Below the pieces are notes generated by a model. The model saw only the letters and a list, made by a program, of their open reading frames with translations. It did not search any database and was not told the origin of the DNA. From Catajapyx aquilonaris (Eukaryota): a stretch of 64,000 nt of DNA. This document shows positions 27,054 to 39,634 of this stretch, piece by piece; position 1 is the first letter of the stretch, and every line of letters starts with the position of its first letter. A program made the translations under genes and the position numbers. The stretch spans positions 124,001 to 188,000 of the forward strand of contig KZ537967.1 of the NCBI GenBank assembly GCA_000934665.2, given 5' to 3'.

Positions 27054-28782
27054 ATTTCGTATGCTAAAAAATGCACCCAACTCCCCCGTTCAATTCGACC
27101 AATCCGGATAGAATCACCCTGTCTCTAGCCCCACCCAATGTTTATTTAGCTCCAAATCCTACCCCCCTCATACTAGTATCAAACCTCATAAATAATACAG
27201 CAGCTAAATTGCCCTCTACTCTCTCTCCCCCACCTCTACCTTCCCCCCTCATCGAGACCAGGGGGGCACAAACAAGATTCTGGGTCACGTTGCCAAATCG
27301 AAATTGCCACCGGAATCGTAATTGCTGCGGGAGGATCCAATGGTAAAACCGGAAAGACCGGGTCAAGCCACATTTGTGCAATCCGGAAAAGCGATACCAT
27401 ATTGGGTACAGAGCGTCTCGTAAAATTGCCAACATAAAGTGTCTTCAGGAGCTCATCGGAATATTATTGCGGAACATCCTGTACATGCTCCCATTATTTT
27501 AAAAAATAAGGTGTGAACAGTTTGGCCCAAATCGGATTGCAATCTCTGTTATTGGAAAGCGACTTAGAAAAAGCAGGTGAACTGAATGGTTTTTAAAGTA
27601 GTTTGTCCCAGGATAAAAAAAACCTGGAGTCCAATTTCGAATCGCTTAACTCGCACCTTTATTAGTCTTCTGTTAGAACCCAATAGCGTCCTTAGCCCTT
27701 TTCTCTCTCTCTCCTTCTGTTCCTTTTAGGACACAGAGAGAGAGAGAGAGCTCTATTGATCTGCTCCAGACTTTCTTCCTTCGATTTCATGCTTCATTTT
27801 CGGTCGCCAACAGGGAAAGGACCCACATCCAACTTGGGGTGGGGTGCAGAGGGAGGGTGGGGTAAAAAAAAAGGCACCCACTCGTCCCCATTCCCCAGTC
27901 AATTTGACCCCTGGTGAACCCCATTCCCAAATACCCGCTCCAAATGTAATCAAACTTGTTGGTAGAGCATGAATGAAATATCTGATCACGTCCCTTCCAA
28001 TTGAAGTCAACAGACAGCCGGATGAATACGCGAGGTTTCTTCGTGAATGGTGTACTCATACGACGCAATCTTTGCATGCCTGATGGACTATCCGTGTACG
28101 ATAACCATGAAAAGGAAGTGATTACTTATTCCGCGACATTGAACAGGTGAAACTCTTATTTTCTAATGGGACTTTAAGACGCCATGATTTTCGTCCCCCA
28201 TCTACAAAAAGCTTTGCAGTGACGTCGTACCATTAAATTTCAATTCCTAGCCTATATGCCTGTCTTGTCAAAACAACTGACAGCGAATACCCAACACTGC
28301 TGGGAAAAACAATACCCCGAGTTTATTGGCTAGGGGGGTGGAAACATACTCCTCTCTTGTCTCTCTCCTGACATTCACGCACTCAGTTTACAGCGTGCCG
28401 CACCTAAATATTCCCGATCTTTTAGGGCAAACAATCCCTTCACTGGAAATTTCTGGCGTAAACAAAGAGCAGTGGTGCAAATGTTCCGACCCCTACCCCT
28501 CTCCACCCGCTCCAAACACAAACAAAATGTCGCGCTGTTTATCGCGGTCTCTCATGAACAAAATAATTTCATTACGCCGTCCGCCATCCGACTCTTGATG
28601 TACTAATTAAACTTTTGATGCCGGAGATAACTCGTTGCGCACGAAGCATTGCCCCATAATTACACCTTTATGCTCTGGGAGTACATGTGTATAGCAAGAA
28701 TCCAACCTCAGAGTGTTCGTTCAAATATGGATACATTGCATTAATATTTACTAGTCATAAATGCAAAAGTTGGGAAGGAAAT

Positions 28783-28796
28783 CAGTAGATGGCGCA
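28783..28796 (+). promoter_or_regulatory. CTCF-like motif
   Basis: cagtagatggcgca matches the CTCF core. Motif match only. Confidence 0.25.
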
Positions 28797-28833
28797 GGGT
28801 TCGTTTCTCCCATGACCACAAGAGCTATTCCGG

Positions 28834-28990
28834 CGGTACATTCGTCTACCCAAGTCGGTAGATTCGCCTACCCAAGTTGGTAGATTCCTCTACCCAAGTC
28901 GGTAGATTCCTCTACCCAAGTTGGTAGATTCCTCTACCCAAGTCGGTAGATTCCTCTACCCAAGTCGGTAGATTCCTCTACCCAAGTCGG
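28834..28990. repeat. Tandem array, 7 x 22-bp unit Yggtagattcctctacccaagt
   Basis: Units start at 28834, 28856, 28878, 28900, 28922, 28944 and 28966. Each has an internal inverted repeat ggtaga-ttcc-tctacc, degenerate in the first two units. Confidence 0.95.
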
Positions 28991-29229
28991 ACATGCCTTT
29001 GGGCTAGGAGACAGACTAACCAGTTCGTTTCTCTCTCCATCTGTTCTAATAGCCAGATAGCCATAGTTGCTTTAGCTCCTTTCTAATACCTATCATTCCT
29101 AAATTATTTTTATAGCGGTACGACATGACGGAGGACTGTTTGGCCATATATGAAAGGATGGGATTAGTTGTACTTGGTTGAATAATTATGTGGCTCAAAT
29201 CTAATTAGAAACCATGTCCTTTCTTGCAG

Positions 29230-29410
29230 CGTGCGAGTGCGTGCGTTTCACCGGAACATACGGAAAGGAGTTCGGGACATTCACAAGCCCGGATTACCCT
29301 CACCCTTACAAGGAGAACATAAACTGCCTCCTCTACACCTTCCTGGGAACCGAGGACCAGGTCATTGAAATCACGTTCAAAGCCTTTGACGTACAGAAGT
29401 CCAGCATGGA
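29230..29410 (+). CDS. sol-1: Internal coding exon (phase 1 in, phase 2 out), N-terminal half of a CUB domain of a SOL-1-like protein
   Basis: Acceptor tcctttcttgcAG ends at 29229, with branch-like ctaat at 29201-29205. Donor GTaagt starts at 29411. Translation CECVRFTGTYGKEFGTFTSPDYPHPYKENINCLLYTFLGTEDQVIEITFKAFDVQKSSME shows the CUB pattern G-x-F-x-SP-x-YP-x-x-Y...C...I-x-I-x-F-x-x-FD. The CECVRF..YGKE.G.F.SPD.P.PY..NI.CLLYTF start matches arthropod SOL-1 as I recall it; no search was run. Confidence 0.9.
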
Positions 29411-30314
29411 GTAAGTATCGCACACAATTTAGCTTTTACTAGGAAGCAACAGTCCATTCGTGTCGGACCACCCTGTGTAACTGAATTATCCTCGCAACCA
29501 ATATTTCCGCAGCGCCAACAGTGTAAATTGCACTTGCTCTGTGAGGCGTGAAATATGGCGATAGCAACTCCGGTTAGAAACCCAATGAAAACACAGGTCG
29601 TGCGCGGTATCAGGGTCAATTGCACCGCGAACGGAGGATAAACGTCAAAAAAAATGCGTAAAATGTATATAACCCCCCGAGAATTTCTTAGGAGAAAAAT
29701 AGACGAAAAAAAAGTCTTCAGTTATGCAGCAGTAAATTCGCGACCCGCACCGTCCATTTTTTTTATTTTTTTAAAAGAGGAATCTAATGAGCCGTATAGG
29801 CGGCACTAACGCTCATAATTCTGCCTCAGGTCCACATAAACGCCAGAGATAGCGTAAATATAAGCCGGGAAAAATAAGGCACCGTTAGGGATGTCGTAAT
29901 TCAGAAACCCAGCCCTTCTCATGAGGGTTTTATACCGTAGAAGGGGGACCGGACATGACCTAAATAATTAAGCAATTTTTGCGAAAAGAGATTGGGAGGC
30001 TGGACGACCCAAAAATGTGGAACCCATCATTTTTTTTGATATTACCATGTGACCTGTAAAACGTGTCGGAAGAAAGGAAAATGGAAAGATGGTCATTAAG
30101 TTGGCGGCAGGCGTAACCAGTGATGGAGGCGCCATGTGCTTCCGACATTTTCTGCAGAGTTGACGAATCGCTTTTGCCTATTGCTCACTTTACTGCAACC
30201 GATTTTCTTAAAGCGGAAAACCACGCCGGATGAATACTAAAACATCCTTCATTTTTTTTTTTTTGCAGTAACAAAATCCCTCAGATTATGTTTGCGTCCT
30301 TCTAATATCGGTGA

Positions 30315-30465
30315 ACACTGTACAGTACAGCACATATCCGGCGGGGGATACTGGAAAACTATTGACCGCTTATCCTGGCTATTCATGGCAACCCTCATGT
30401 CGCTTTTGTTCAACGGAACGGACTAACTATCAGGATATTTTTGGCAACACAGTACTGTACAGTGT
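30315..30465. mobile_element. Short MITE-like element
   Basis: Perfect 14-bp inverted repeat acactgtacagtac (30315-30328) / gtactgtacagtgt (30452-30465), with internal tggcaac motifs. Confidence 0.4.
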
Positions 30466-32116
30466 ATACAGGTCAGAGTACACAGTAACAAAATGTCAAC
30501 AATGTCGTACAGGCTTCTTTTAAGTAATGTACACAAAAATTGGCAAAAAAAATTTAAGCAAGTGCGAACTATAGTAAACTACTATTTATGGAGCACTATA
30601 TACAGAGAGAGTCCTCCTAGCTGGTGGAGCGCTGCAAGTGACACAATTTATCAGAACCGCTCCATTTACTAAGTGAATCGAATCAAGCGCGGTGCCATTA
30701 GCATGGGTTTGAAAACCGCAAGGTCCCTGCGGGGGTCAGACAATTTGCGGATATTTGGGGGTGGTTCGTTGAAAGCAATATTTACCTACCCTGCCTGTCA
30801 TCGACATCTCTGTGGGAATTCATGATTTTTGTTATTTTTTCAAGCCCATTTTATTCTACACGGTTTCCCCCCACCAGATTGCAAACAATACCCAATTTTT
30901 TCCCCCCCAATGCTCCAGACTGGCAACAAAAGTTCAATCTAATCCACCTGAAAAATTGCTGCACGTATATACCGAGTGTTTTAGTACAACCATTTTGAGG
31001 CCGTCTTGAAATAGAACCCACTCGGGAAGGTTTTACTCCGTTCAATGATTGGATTGGAGACTGGTCAACATGGTTTACGACCACCAATTCAACCGGACTT
31101 GAAGTGGACGAAGAAAATAACACTGTCCCCTTTGGAATATATATAAAAAAAAATTTCATATCTGCATCCACAAGAATGGACGCATCTCTAGGGTTAAAAA
31201 ATTCACTTAATAAAACATTGCTGGAGGGAGTGTTTCGCTCTGTGTAAACAACGAGAGACGGAAAGATATTTGGGAGGATTTCCAGGAGAAGAGCCTGTAA
31301 AACGGTTTGTAATTCTTTTGTTGTCAGAGTGGTCCGTACGCATGTCTTTTCCATCAGGTCGGTTGAAGTAAACGGCCGGCACTCAACGTAGATATGGCCT
31401 AAAGGCTCTCTTCTTTAATGCTCTCCACCGCCTTCCAACTATTCGGATGGATACTTACAGTAAGCAGTAAATTGCTATAGGACCAGTTTCTGACGTCTTC
31501 AAGTATAAATAGGTAAAAAAAAGGGTATCGTACACTTTTTTTTGGAGTGTCAAAAAAATTACTGATGAATTCAGACAAGTCCAGGCCTAGTTTTACGCCG
31601 GATGCCTGGGAGCCTGCAAACACCAAAAACCTCTGCTTCGTACGGAAACCGACTTTATACCGAGGCACGCATCAAAGGTTAACTAAGCCAGACACACAGT
31701 AGAACCGAGGCATTTTCCACCAAAAACCAGCCAGCAGATAAAAAGGAGTCCGGAAAACCGCGAGAGCATGTTTGGTCCCCCCCAAAAAAGCTTGGCTCTG
31801 GGCCCAGGATTACACCTCAAAAAAAAAAGTGACCCCAAAAATTTTCAAAGAGAATAACTAACAAGTTTCCCTCCATAGATTAGTAATCGCCAATCATTGG
31901 TTTCCGTCAAATGAATTTAATCCTGATTCCTCAAATCGTTTTATTCGCCTGAATAGTGCACCACCGGAAACTCCGGTGTGAGTTCAACCCTCTCCGGAAT
32001 CCCTACTATTGGACTTCCAACTCACGTCTGAGTGGAAGGCAAGTCCGGGAAGGATCACAACAAAATAGTTGGGACGTGAGTTTGCTGCCAAAACCATACC
32101 AGAAAGAGTGACGTCC

Positions 32117-32227
32117 GGATCCGGACAATTTTCGTGACGGGGAGAATCCGGAGGGGGGGTAGAAAATATCCCACCTGGGATAGAAATTCCAGGGGGCATG
32201 TCACTCATCAAAAACCCCCCCGGAACC
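32117..32227. mobile_element. Degenerate element related to family B
   Basis: Starts ggatccggacaattt, similar to the reverse complement of the family B end (aaaagtccggatcc). Has G-rich internal subrepeats and ends cccggaacc. Confidence 0.35.
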
Positions 32228-34290
32228 AGCAGAGAGGCATAAATCCAGAAATGAAAATCTTCCTCATTTTAATTTTTTTATATAGCCTACCGTTTGGGTT
32301 AATGAAGTGCAGGGATATCAAAAGTCGCTGGCGAAAACTTTGTCGTAAAGTAGGGGAGACCGAAATGGGTCCATCTGTCTGCAAAGAGCATATTTCCCAC
32401 TTTTATAGCCCCAGTCATTTGCATTTCAAACCGTCCCGGAAAACTCGCCAAAAATACAAAACCGCCCATTACAGATTACGTGCCAACATTTCGCTCCGGT
32501 CATCCGAATATTAAGACACGAAGGGATTATCTCACTTAGTGGTCAGTGCCAGTTGTTATTAAGTTTCGGGGGACATTATTGGAGGTGCCAAAAATATATG
32601 ACCAGTTTCACTATTTTTGTAAAGAAATTGAGTTTGGCGTTTTTCATCCTGGCATGATGCAACCCAACGAACAAGCTGCTATTGGTATGGCGGTACTGTA
32701 TTTTTTTCTTGAACATTACCCATCCACAAGCCAGTTTATTTATTTTTTCTGACCCATGGTGCGACGAATCACAAATATTCGAGTACACAACAAGTTGCAA
32801 AAAAAAACTTGTCCAATCTCTCAGCTTTTAAAAAAATCGTGTGACTTCTTTTTTTAAATTAAGCTACCAGGCACTCTCAATACGTCAGCTCCAACATCTC
32901 ATTATCGACTTGAATACATGGATCACGACCCTCTTTTGGCCCAATCCCTGTGAAAAATGAGTAGCCTCAGCAATATCATTTCCCCCCGGATCATCCACCC
33001 CCGCATTAAAAAAAAATCCGGATCTATCCCCTATCACTGTTAGCTTTTTCTCCTGCCATACAAGTCCAACCATCCGTATTTCCGGGCACTATCAGCCTTG
33101 GATTATTTTTTTCTTTTCTTCTTTGCACACCATTTCCAACTTCTTTCTTTTCCTCACGTTACACAGGAAATTAAATTCTTTCGTCATCTGCACGCTTGTT
33201 TGAATCCGAAACTTTGGATGGAACCAAAAAGGTGTAGATTTTAGGTTGAGGCGAGGACAATATCAACGCCATGTCGACATGATAACTAATACTTCATCGC
33301 AATAAACACAGTTTATACTTGGGCCATTCTATTAGAATAGTCCGGATTAGCTTTTGGCCCACCCCTCCGGATATACAGGAGACCTGCCGAGAGGAGACAT
33401 TGCCTTCGAAAACAGTAAAAGGAGTTAATGACATGCTTGCCTTTACGACAAAATTACAGCCACCTCCGCCTACGTGTTTCGGCAAAGCTAATTTGCCCTT
33501 TAATTTAACGTCCCTCAAGACAGGGGACAGCTAGAATTCTAAGAGTTATAAAAATTGACCCAAAAAAAAAATCCCCCCAAAAAATCAAATGTCATGCACA
33601 ACAATACGAACGTAATGACATATGCATATGAAATTGGACTGGTTAACCCATCTCATTGCGTTAATTATTTTAATACAATTGTTGTAGTTACATATTTAAA
33701 TTAGCCTAACCACAGTATGAGTTAACATTTGAAATTTCCAAACTCTTCCTGTACTATCACCTGGTGTCTCCTATTTTGTTTATTTTTTTAAAAACCTCTT
33801 TCAATTTGTTCATCCAGGCGGATAAGAGGGTCCCATGCATGCATGCCACACTTTTGGTGGATGCAGCCCATCGAGGCGCGTAATTGCCGCTTATGCAAAA
33901 GACAATTAGTGAATAATGAATCGAGGAGGAGGAGAAGGGGGGGGACTGCTGACGAGGGAAAAGGGTCAAGTCAGCCCGAAAATGGACCTCGTTACGTCGT
34001 CTACAGATCCGCTAACATCTTCCTCTTTCCAATTATGGGGACGGGGGGGTGTCCCCACCAGCGCTTGATAATCACCCACAATTTTTCAATGACACTGCAG
34101 GAGGAGGTACCATTAATTATCACCTTGAACACTCGAGCTGTAACATGCATCGTTTTTCATATGATGCCAAAATTCTGTCGAATCCACGTAAATTTTAAGC
34201 TCAGAATATTATTTCTTAATTAATATACTTTATGTCTGAATTAATTGTTTAATCTTATTTTACGAACAAATGAAGCCCTAACAAAATAAC

Positions 34291-34969
34291 TACATATGAA
34301 TTTTTTACGAGCGAAATGAGTGCGCACCACAGTTCGCGCAGCTTGCAGGGTTGGCATTGTCAATGATAGCAGGGAAGCTCTCTGCATATAGTGGGCATTG
34401 CACTTATTTCCAACGCTACGTTAATGGGAACAAAATGGTCGCCGTTTGCGACGTTGCCAAGGCTCTGGAACTAACCTCAGAGGCTACGAGTATTAATTTG
34501 TACCCTGGGCAGGGAGCATATATACTACATAAGAGACGCAAACATTCGGTTTCCGCGTCTCTCTGTTTGGGGCGTTGCCAAGGCTGGCGGCCATTTTGAA
34601 GTGTGGGCAACGCCAACGAGGTATAAATAGGGTATAGGCAAAAACAGGGTCCGCCATCTTTGATTCGCGCGTGTTCTTGCAGTGTAGTTGTCATGGCCGC
34701 CAAAACCATCAAAGATGGCGGACCCTATTTTTGCCTGTACCCTATTTATACCTCGTTGGCGTTGCCCACACTTCAAAATGGCCCCCAGCCTTGGCAACGG
34801 CCCCAAACAGAGAGACGCGAACATCAAAGGCGCCGACAGAAGTTTGCGCCTCTTATGAGTAGTATATGCTCCCTGCCCTGGGGAGTAACTCTGGCAACAT
34901 TGTTGGCATAATAGAGTTGCGCGAGTGTGGGTGCGCACTCGGTTGCGCTCATTAAAAATAACATCTCTA
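34291..34969. mobile_element. Palindromic MITE family A, long copy containing an internal foldback
   Basis: Imperfect terminal inverted repeats: left ttttttacgagcgaaatgagtgcgcaccacagttcgcgcagct, right agttgcgcgagtgtgggtgcgcactcggttgcgctcattaaaaa. Homologous to 3284-3478 and 41634-41725. Confidence 0.8.
34503..34882. repeat. Long inverted repeat (arms 34503-34664 and 34708-34882, 43-bp spacer)
   Basis: For example, ccattttgaagtgtgggcaacgccaacgaggtataaatagggta is read back as taccctatttatacctcgttggcgttgcccacacttcaaaatgg. The ORF track gives nearly the same peptide (IKDGGP.FCLYPIYTSLALPTLQNG) on both strands. Confidence 0.95.
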
Positions 34970-36976
34970 AAAAGATATGTAACATTTGAAAGAGTGTCCT
35001 ACAGTATATTATAGGACTCCGGCCATATCTGGGTTGATATATCAAAAATTTTCGCACTTTTGTCGTTTTGCTGATCTCATGCCTTCATCAGCCCCTATAT
35101 TTTACTGACTAGAACCTTACCCGTTCAATCAGTGTAAACCACGCCTCTTGTCAGTTCTGCGGAACTAATTGCAATTTCCTGACCATCTTGGCTCTTGATG
35201 TAGGGCGTGCCGCACTGTCACATTTCCTTCCTCCCGCATCCTTCACGTCATGTCTTAGATCACGCACCTTCGAGCACTTGGCTTCACTTGCAATCTGTGG
35301 GTATGTCTCCAGGGAGGTACCTATAGCGGTGCATGAACTGCTGCAAACTCTGAAAGATAAAAGCAAAGGATCGAGAATAAATTAGGGAAGAATTTTTTTT
35401 ATTATTATTATCCGATTGGGGACGATCACTTGAAGTTTTCTACTATATCACACAAAAGTTTTGTGGGATCTCAAAAATTTCTGCTATATTTTTTTGCAGA
35501 CGTCGAGATAAGCTATTGATTTAACTGCACTTTCATTGGTAACTAATTTGAGATAAAAGAGGTACTTATAGCTGCTATTCATCAATCCAGTTTTTTTTAA
35601 AGACACAAACAACTCCCAATCAGTGAAGGAAAAATCTGCTAAAATTTCAGCCCATTGTTGACATTGCTACAATTAGTAGCTATGTCTAAAATTAGCTCTC
35701 TTTTGGACCTCTAATGCGGTTAATAACTCCCGATGGACACGGCCAACAGCGAGCGTTATGAAGTGAATACAACTCGTTACATTACTGTGATATCAAACCT
35801 CACTCAATCACAGTTCAGCCGTTTGCGGTCAGCGAGGGCATTCACCATTCCCATTCAGATTGATTTAGCCCCCCCTCTATATCCCTCCCCTAACAATTAG
35901 CTATTTAACAACAAACATTTCTGAATATTAATGCCAAATGTTACTGCCTTGATAACAACGCTGGGCCCATCAAAAACCCTGACGGTTATTTATAGTTATG
36001 TGTTAAGGGGTTATTGCTCATCAGAATTTACCGACACCCTAAATTGGCTGTGTTTAAAATTTTACTTTCAAGACACACACAAGCTATTTACGCCTGCTTA
36101 TTTTACTGCATGGTTATTTAAAAATCGTTATTAAAAGTATGTTGGCTGCTATGTTCTGTATATGTTCTGTGCTCATTAACACTGTATATGTAGACAGTAG
36201 ATATTAAATGTAATTTTAATCAGCCGACTCTACAGTTTACATTGCGCGCGGCAGCCATATTGGATTATGAATATTTTGATAAACGTAACTTCTTCTACTT
36301 TTATAATTTAAACACGTTCACATTTTTTGGGGGACTAAAAGGTCCTTTTGTACATTATGAAACAGGCTTTGAATTTCAGTCTCATTACCTCAGCCGTAAT
36401 TGTGTTTGGTAGGTTCGAATCCTCAGTCGCTAGAGGCAGCACGTAACATCTCGTGCGAAACAATGGCGTCTCTTTTTTATATATACTGTATATATACAAA
36501 ATTCTGGGCCTTTCCATCCGGAGGTAGACATATTGAGCCTGAAGCATCTTCTTATATCATCAGCTACACAATCATGCGCTCGCATTGCCTCCGCTCATTA
36601 TCATCAAACTGCAATTACCCTAACATGGGTTTATGCTTTCCAAAGAAGAACCAACACTAACCGGCGCCATGCTTGAATTCCTCCGGCTCGAGGGGGAGTT
36701 AAAACCAACTCTGGCGCCATGCAAGAACTTTCATACACTTTGCCTCTAGCCTGAAACTAAATACCGAGGCTCCAAACACGATTGCGTGATGGTAATGTAA
36801 CGAATTCAAAGCCTCCGCAACAGTTTCTTTACGCTGCTGAGGCCCCCCTGCATGTTATTTCATGAATAAATTATTCAGTTATACAGCCTAATGCCTGGTG
36901 TCTTCATTACAACGTGGCGCACATGTTAATCATACGCGACATGTCGCATGGAGACTCTTTTGTGCGTGTATGGTAC

Positions 36977-37043
36977 ACAGGGTGTGTCATAATTACGCTA
37001 CAAACTTTAAGGGTGTGTAATGGGTCATTATGAAACACCCTGT
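36977..37043. mobile_element. Miniature Tc1/mariner-type MITE (67 bp)
   Basis: acagggtgtgtcataat / attatgaaacaccctgt, a 16/17 inverted match. Confidence 0.65.
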
Positions 37044-37652
37044 TTGCCGCACACTCTCGCGGGAATATGTATTGTGTGCGAGCGTACCTGCCCTTTGTTT
37101 ACATGCATTTACAGCAACCCCACCTTCCATGTTGCCAATGTGGTTTTATACAGTGCAGAAAACCAGTCGTAGGATTTCAGCGTGCAAAAATAGTTTTGAA
37201 TCTAAATTTATACCTGCCGACCTGCCGACACAGGATTCCAAATTATTTGCGGCTTACCCTTGTAACATAGAGCGTTGCCTGGGAATACGCAATGCAATTA
37301 ATTAGTATCATTGTGCACGTATAGACCCCCCCTTTTTTCAGTCCTCTTCTCTGGAAATATGAACACTGGAAAAGTAATGAGGGCACAGTTCGTTGCGGGA
37401 CGTCGATGTTACACCCTCTTTTTTGTTGTTTTGGTTTCCAGTAAACTACACCACAGGGATGAATCCGGTGCAGTGCTTCCCTGCTGCGCGTTAGAAATTC
37501 ATTCAACAGATCAAATAAAAAAAGCGCATGCTATGGCACTTCCCCTCTGTCTATTATTATGCCCAAATTGCAGACAGTGCAGGTTTGAAGTAATGACATT
37601 CATGTGGATTCATCTACTATGCACCATGTCAGGTGTCATCAATGTTTTAGAA

Positions 37653-37830
37653 TTTTTCTCATCGAAAAAAAGTCTCATAGAAATGATGTCTGTCTGTCTG
37701 TGGACAAATATCAGGGCCCAAACCGTAAGAGATATTGACGAACTGTTTTTGGATTCGGATTCAGCGTATAATTTGTGATCCCTGATGTCACAAAGTGATT
37801 TTTCCAAAGTTCAAATTAAAAATTATTTGA
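37653..37830 (+). mobile_element. Helentron/DINE-1-like relic
   Basis: T-run start, then a (tgtc)n microsatellite at 37687-37701 followed by aaaccgtaagagatattg...ggattcggattcagcg. This layout resembles DINE-1-type elements. Boundaries are approximate. Confidence 0.3.
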
Positions 37831-38807
37831 CCGCCACTTTGGCATGAGCAGAATGGCAATTTTGTACTCATCACCATTTTTACTCGCTAAAAAACAATTC
37901 CAAAATATAATAATAAAACAGTTTTGAGGCCACCTCCGTGAAATAGCGGTCCCTGCACAAGTTTGCCCATTTTCCACGTGATTTACCCCTTAATAACAGC
38001 GAGTGGTCCAATCATAGATCTATATATCTGGCAGGCAGGGCATGCTCTGGAAACGTATGGTGGGGGAACTAACAGGGAGGACCAAAATTACATTTTGTCC
38101 AAAGCCCACCTTTTGCTTGGAATATACAGGGTGAGTCAGAACTGCACTATTACATGATAACATTTTTGACCAAGTTTTGGGCCACAACATGTTCTGAAGA
38201 GGCGGATAGGGACAGAGGGTGTCTCCTAGGCCCAGCACCTTTTGCCTAATATATACCCAGAGCGTCATTAGGCTTGCCAATTAGCCGGTGGGGGTAGCAC
38301 CGTTCAGTCTGGCAGCACAAGTGTCGAGTCCGCAGATAAGAGGCCTGACAAGGAGAATCCTCTCCTGCCACAATAGAATAATGTCTTCCCAAATTCCTTT
38401 CTCAACAGCTCTCTCACTGCGTCTAGGGAAGATGATTAACGTCGACGACGTCTTGCCGTGAAATGTATTACTCGTAATTCAGACCTAATACTACAACACC
38501 CAGGTATTTCTCTCCCATCCTCCATTTTGGTTCTGGATGAACTGTTCGCGCCTGGGAATTGAAAATAAGCCCCCGCTCTTACTCTGATTATACAGGCATA
38601 GATTATTGTGGTATTATGCAATGCAGGAGGGTGAGAAATGTTATACCTGAATCAATAGTATTCGAGGAGGGAGACACTCTGAATAGTCTCACGCGAGGGA
38701 AATGAGAATCTAAATTAGAAAACGGATGTGCAGTATATATTCAGAATTAACTAGATAACATTGTTACTGAAATGCAGTTGAGGATATAAACCCAGACGAA
38801 GTGTGTA

Positions 38808-38913
38808 TACAGGGTGTTTCATAATGATTGGAAAACTTCACGATCCCCCGATCAACTGGTTATGTTTTCAAGCTGACATTTCCAGACATTATTCAATTAT
38901 GAAACACTGTGTG
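38808..38913. mobile_element. Miniature Tc1/mariner-type MITE
   Basis: tacagggtgtttcataat / attatgaaacactgtgt, the same terminal repeat as 36977-37043 with a different interior. Confidence 0.6.
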
Positions 38914-39592
38914 TAAATACTATTTTGATGATCAGAAAAATATGAACATTCATGCAAATTTTTCTTAGATCATGAATATGTGGTGGTTTATTTGAAATAT
39001 TGAAAAATTCTGACATTTTATATTAATTTGTGGACTACGAAGCGTTTTAACAGTATAATTCACTTCAAACTTGCTTAAATAAAAAACCAAAGCGTGTGCG
39101 GAAATTCGATGAATTTTATAGAAATAACTACCATTTCTCTACAAAGCTTTGTTACCCAAATTATAGAAGAAAAAAAAGTTTTTCCGTCAGTGAAAATATC
39201 TGGATTTTTTCCAGTGCTCATACAGTCCCATTGAATGTACAGTAGCTTCTGCAAATTGCGAAGTCGTTAATGAATAGAATGAATTAATGAAAATGAGATG
39301 ATCATGGCACGAGACAGAAACTTATAGCGCAATTAGTGGCGTTCAATTCTAACAAAAAAAAGTAGGCTAATTTTAACGAATGAGCAAGAACGCTTTTCGG
39401 TGTTCCCAACGTAATGAACCATTACGACAAATGGACTGTTCTTGTTTTGCACGTCCTATCCGACTATTCTCATTGTCCTAGACCTCCCAATGAAACCTTG
39501 TCTCCATATTAACTAAAAGGACAGGAGGAAGCACGAGAGAAAACCGAATCGTGAAATAACAGTGGTCAGTAGAAGTGCAGTAATCAACTATG

Positions 39593-39634
39593 TTACTGAC
39601 TGCAATCAGTAAATAAATAAAATAAATAAATAAA
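39593..39634 (+). repeat. Short stem-loop followed by a (TAAA)n tail, possible LINE/SINE 3' end
   Basis: ttactga-ctgcaa-tcagtaa hairpin running directly into ataaataaaataaataaataaa. Confidence 0.3.

Noticed and set aside
11553..27750. Several (GA)n/(CT)n tracts as GAGA-factor elements
   Set aside because: They are ordinary short microsatellites, and nothing in the sequence separates them from neutral repeats.
28834..28990. CRISPR-like array of palindromic repeats
   Set aside because: Units are directly adjacent with no unique spacers, there are no cas genes, and the context is a eukaryotic intron.
30851..31354. 167-aa ORF on the - strand
   Set aside because: No recognisable domain or convincing splice context in the frames I examined.
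34351..34938. Similar peptides in ORFs on both strands
   Set aside because: This follows from the inverted repeat; there is no transposase or other domain.
36412..36422. Perfect B-box ggttcgaatcc suggesting a tRNA or SINE
   Set aside because: No A-box at the proper distance and no cloverleaf.
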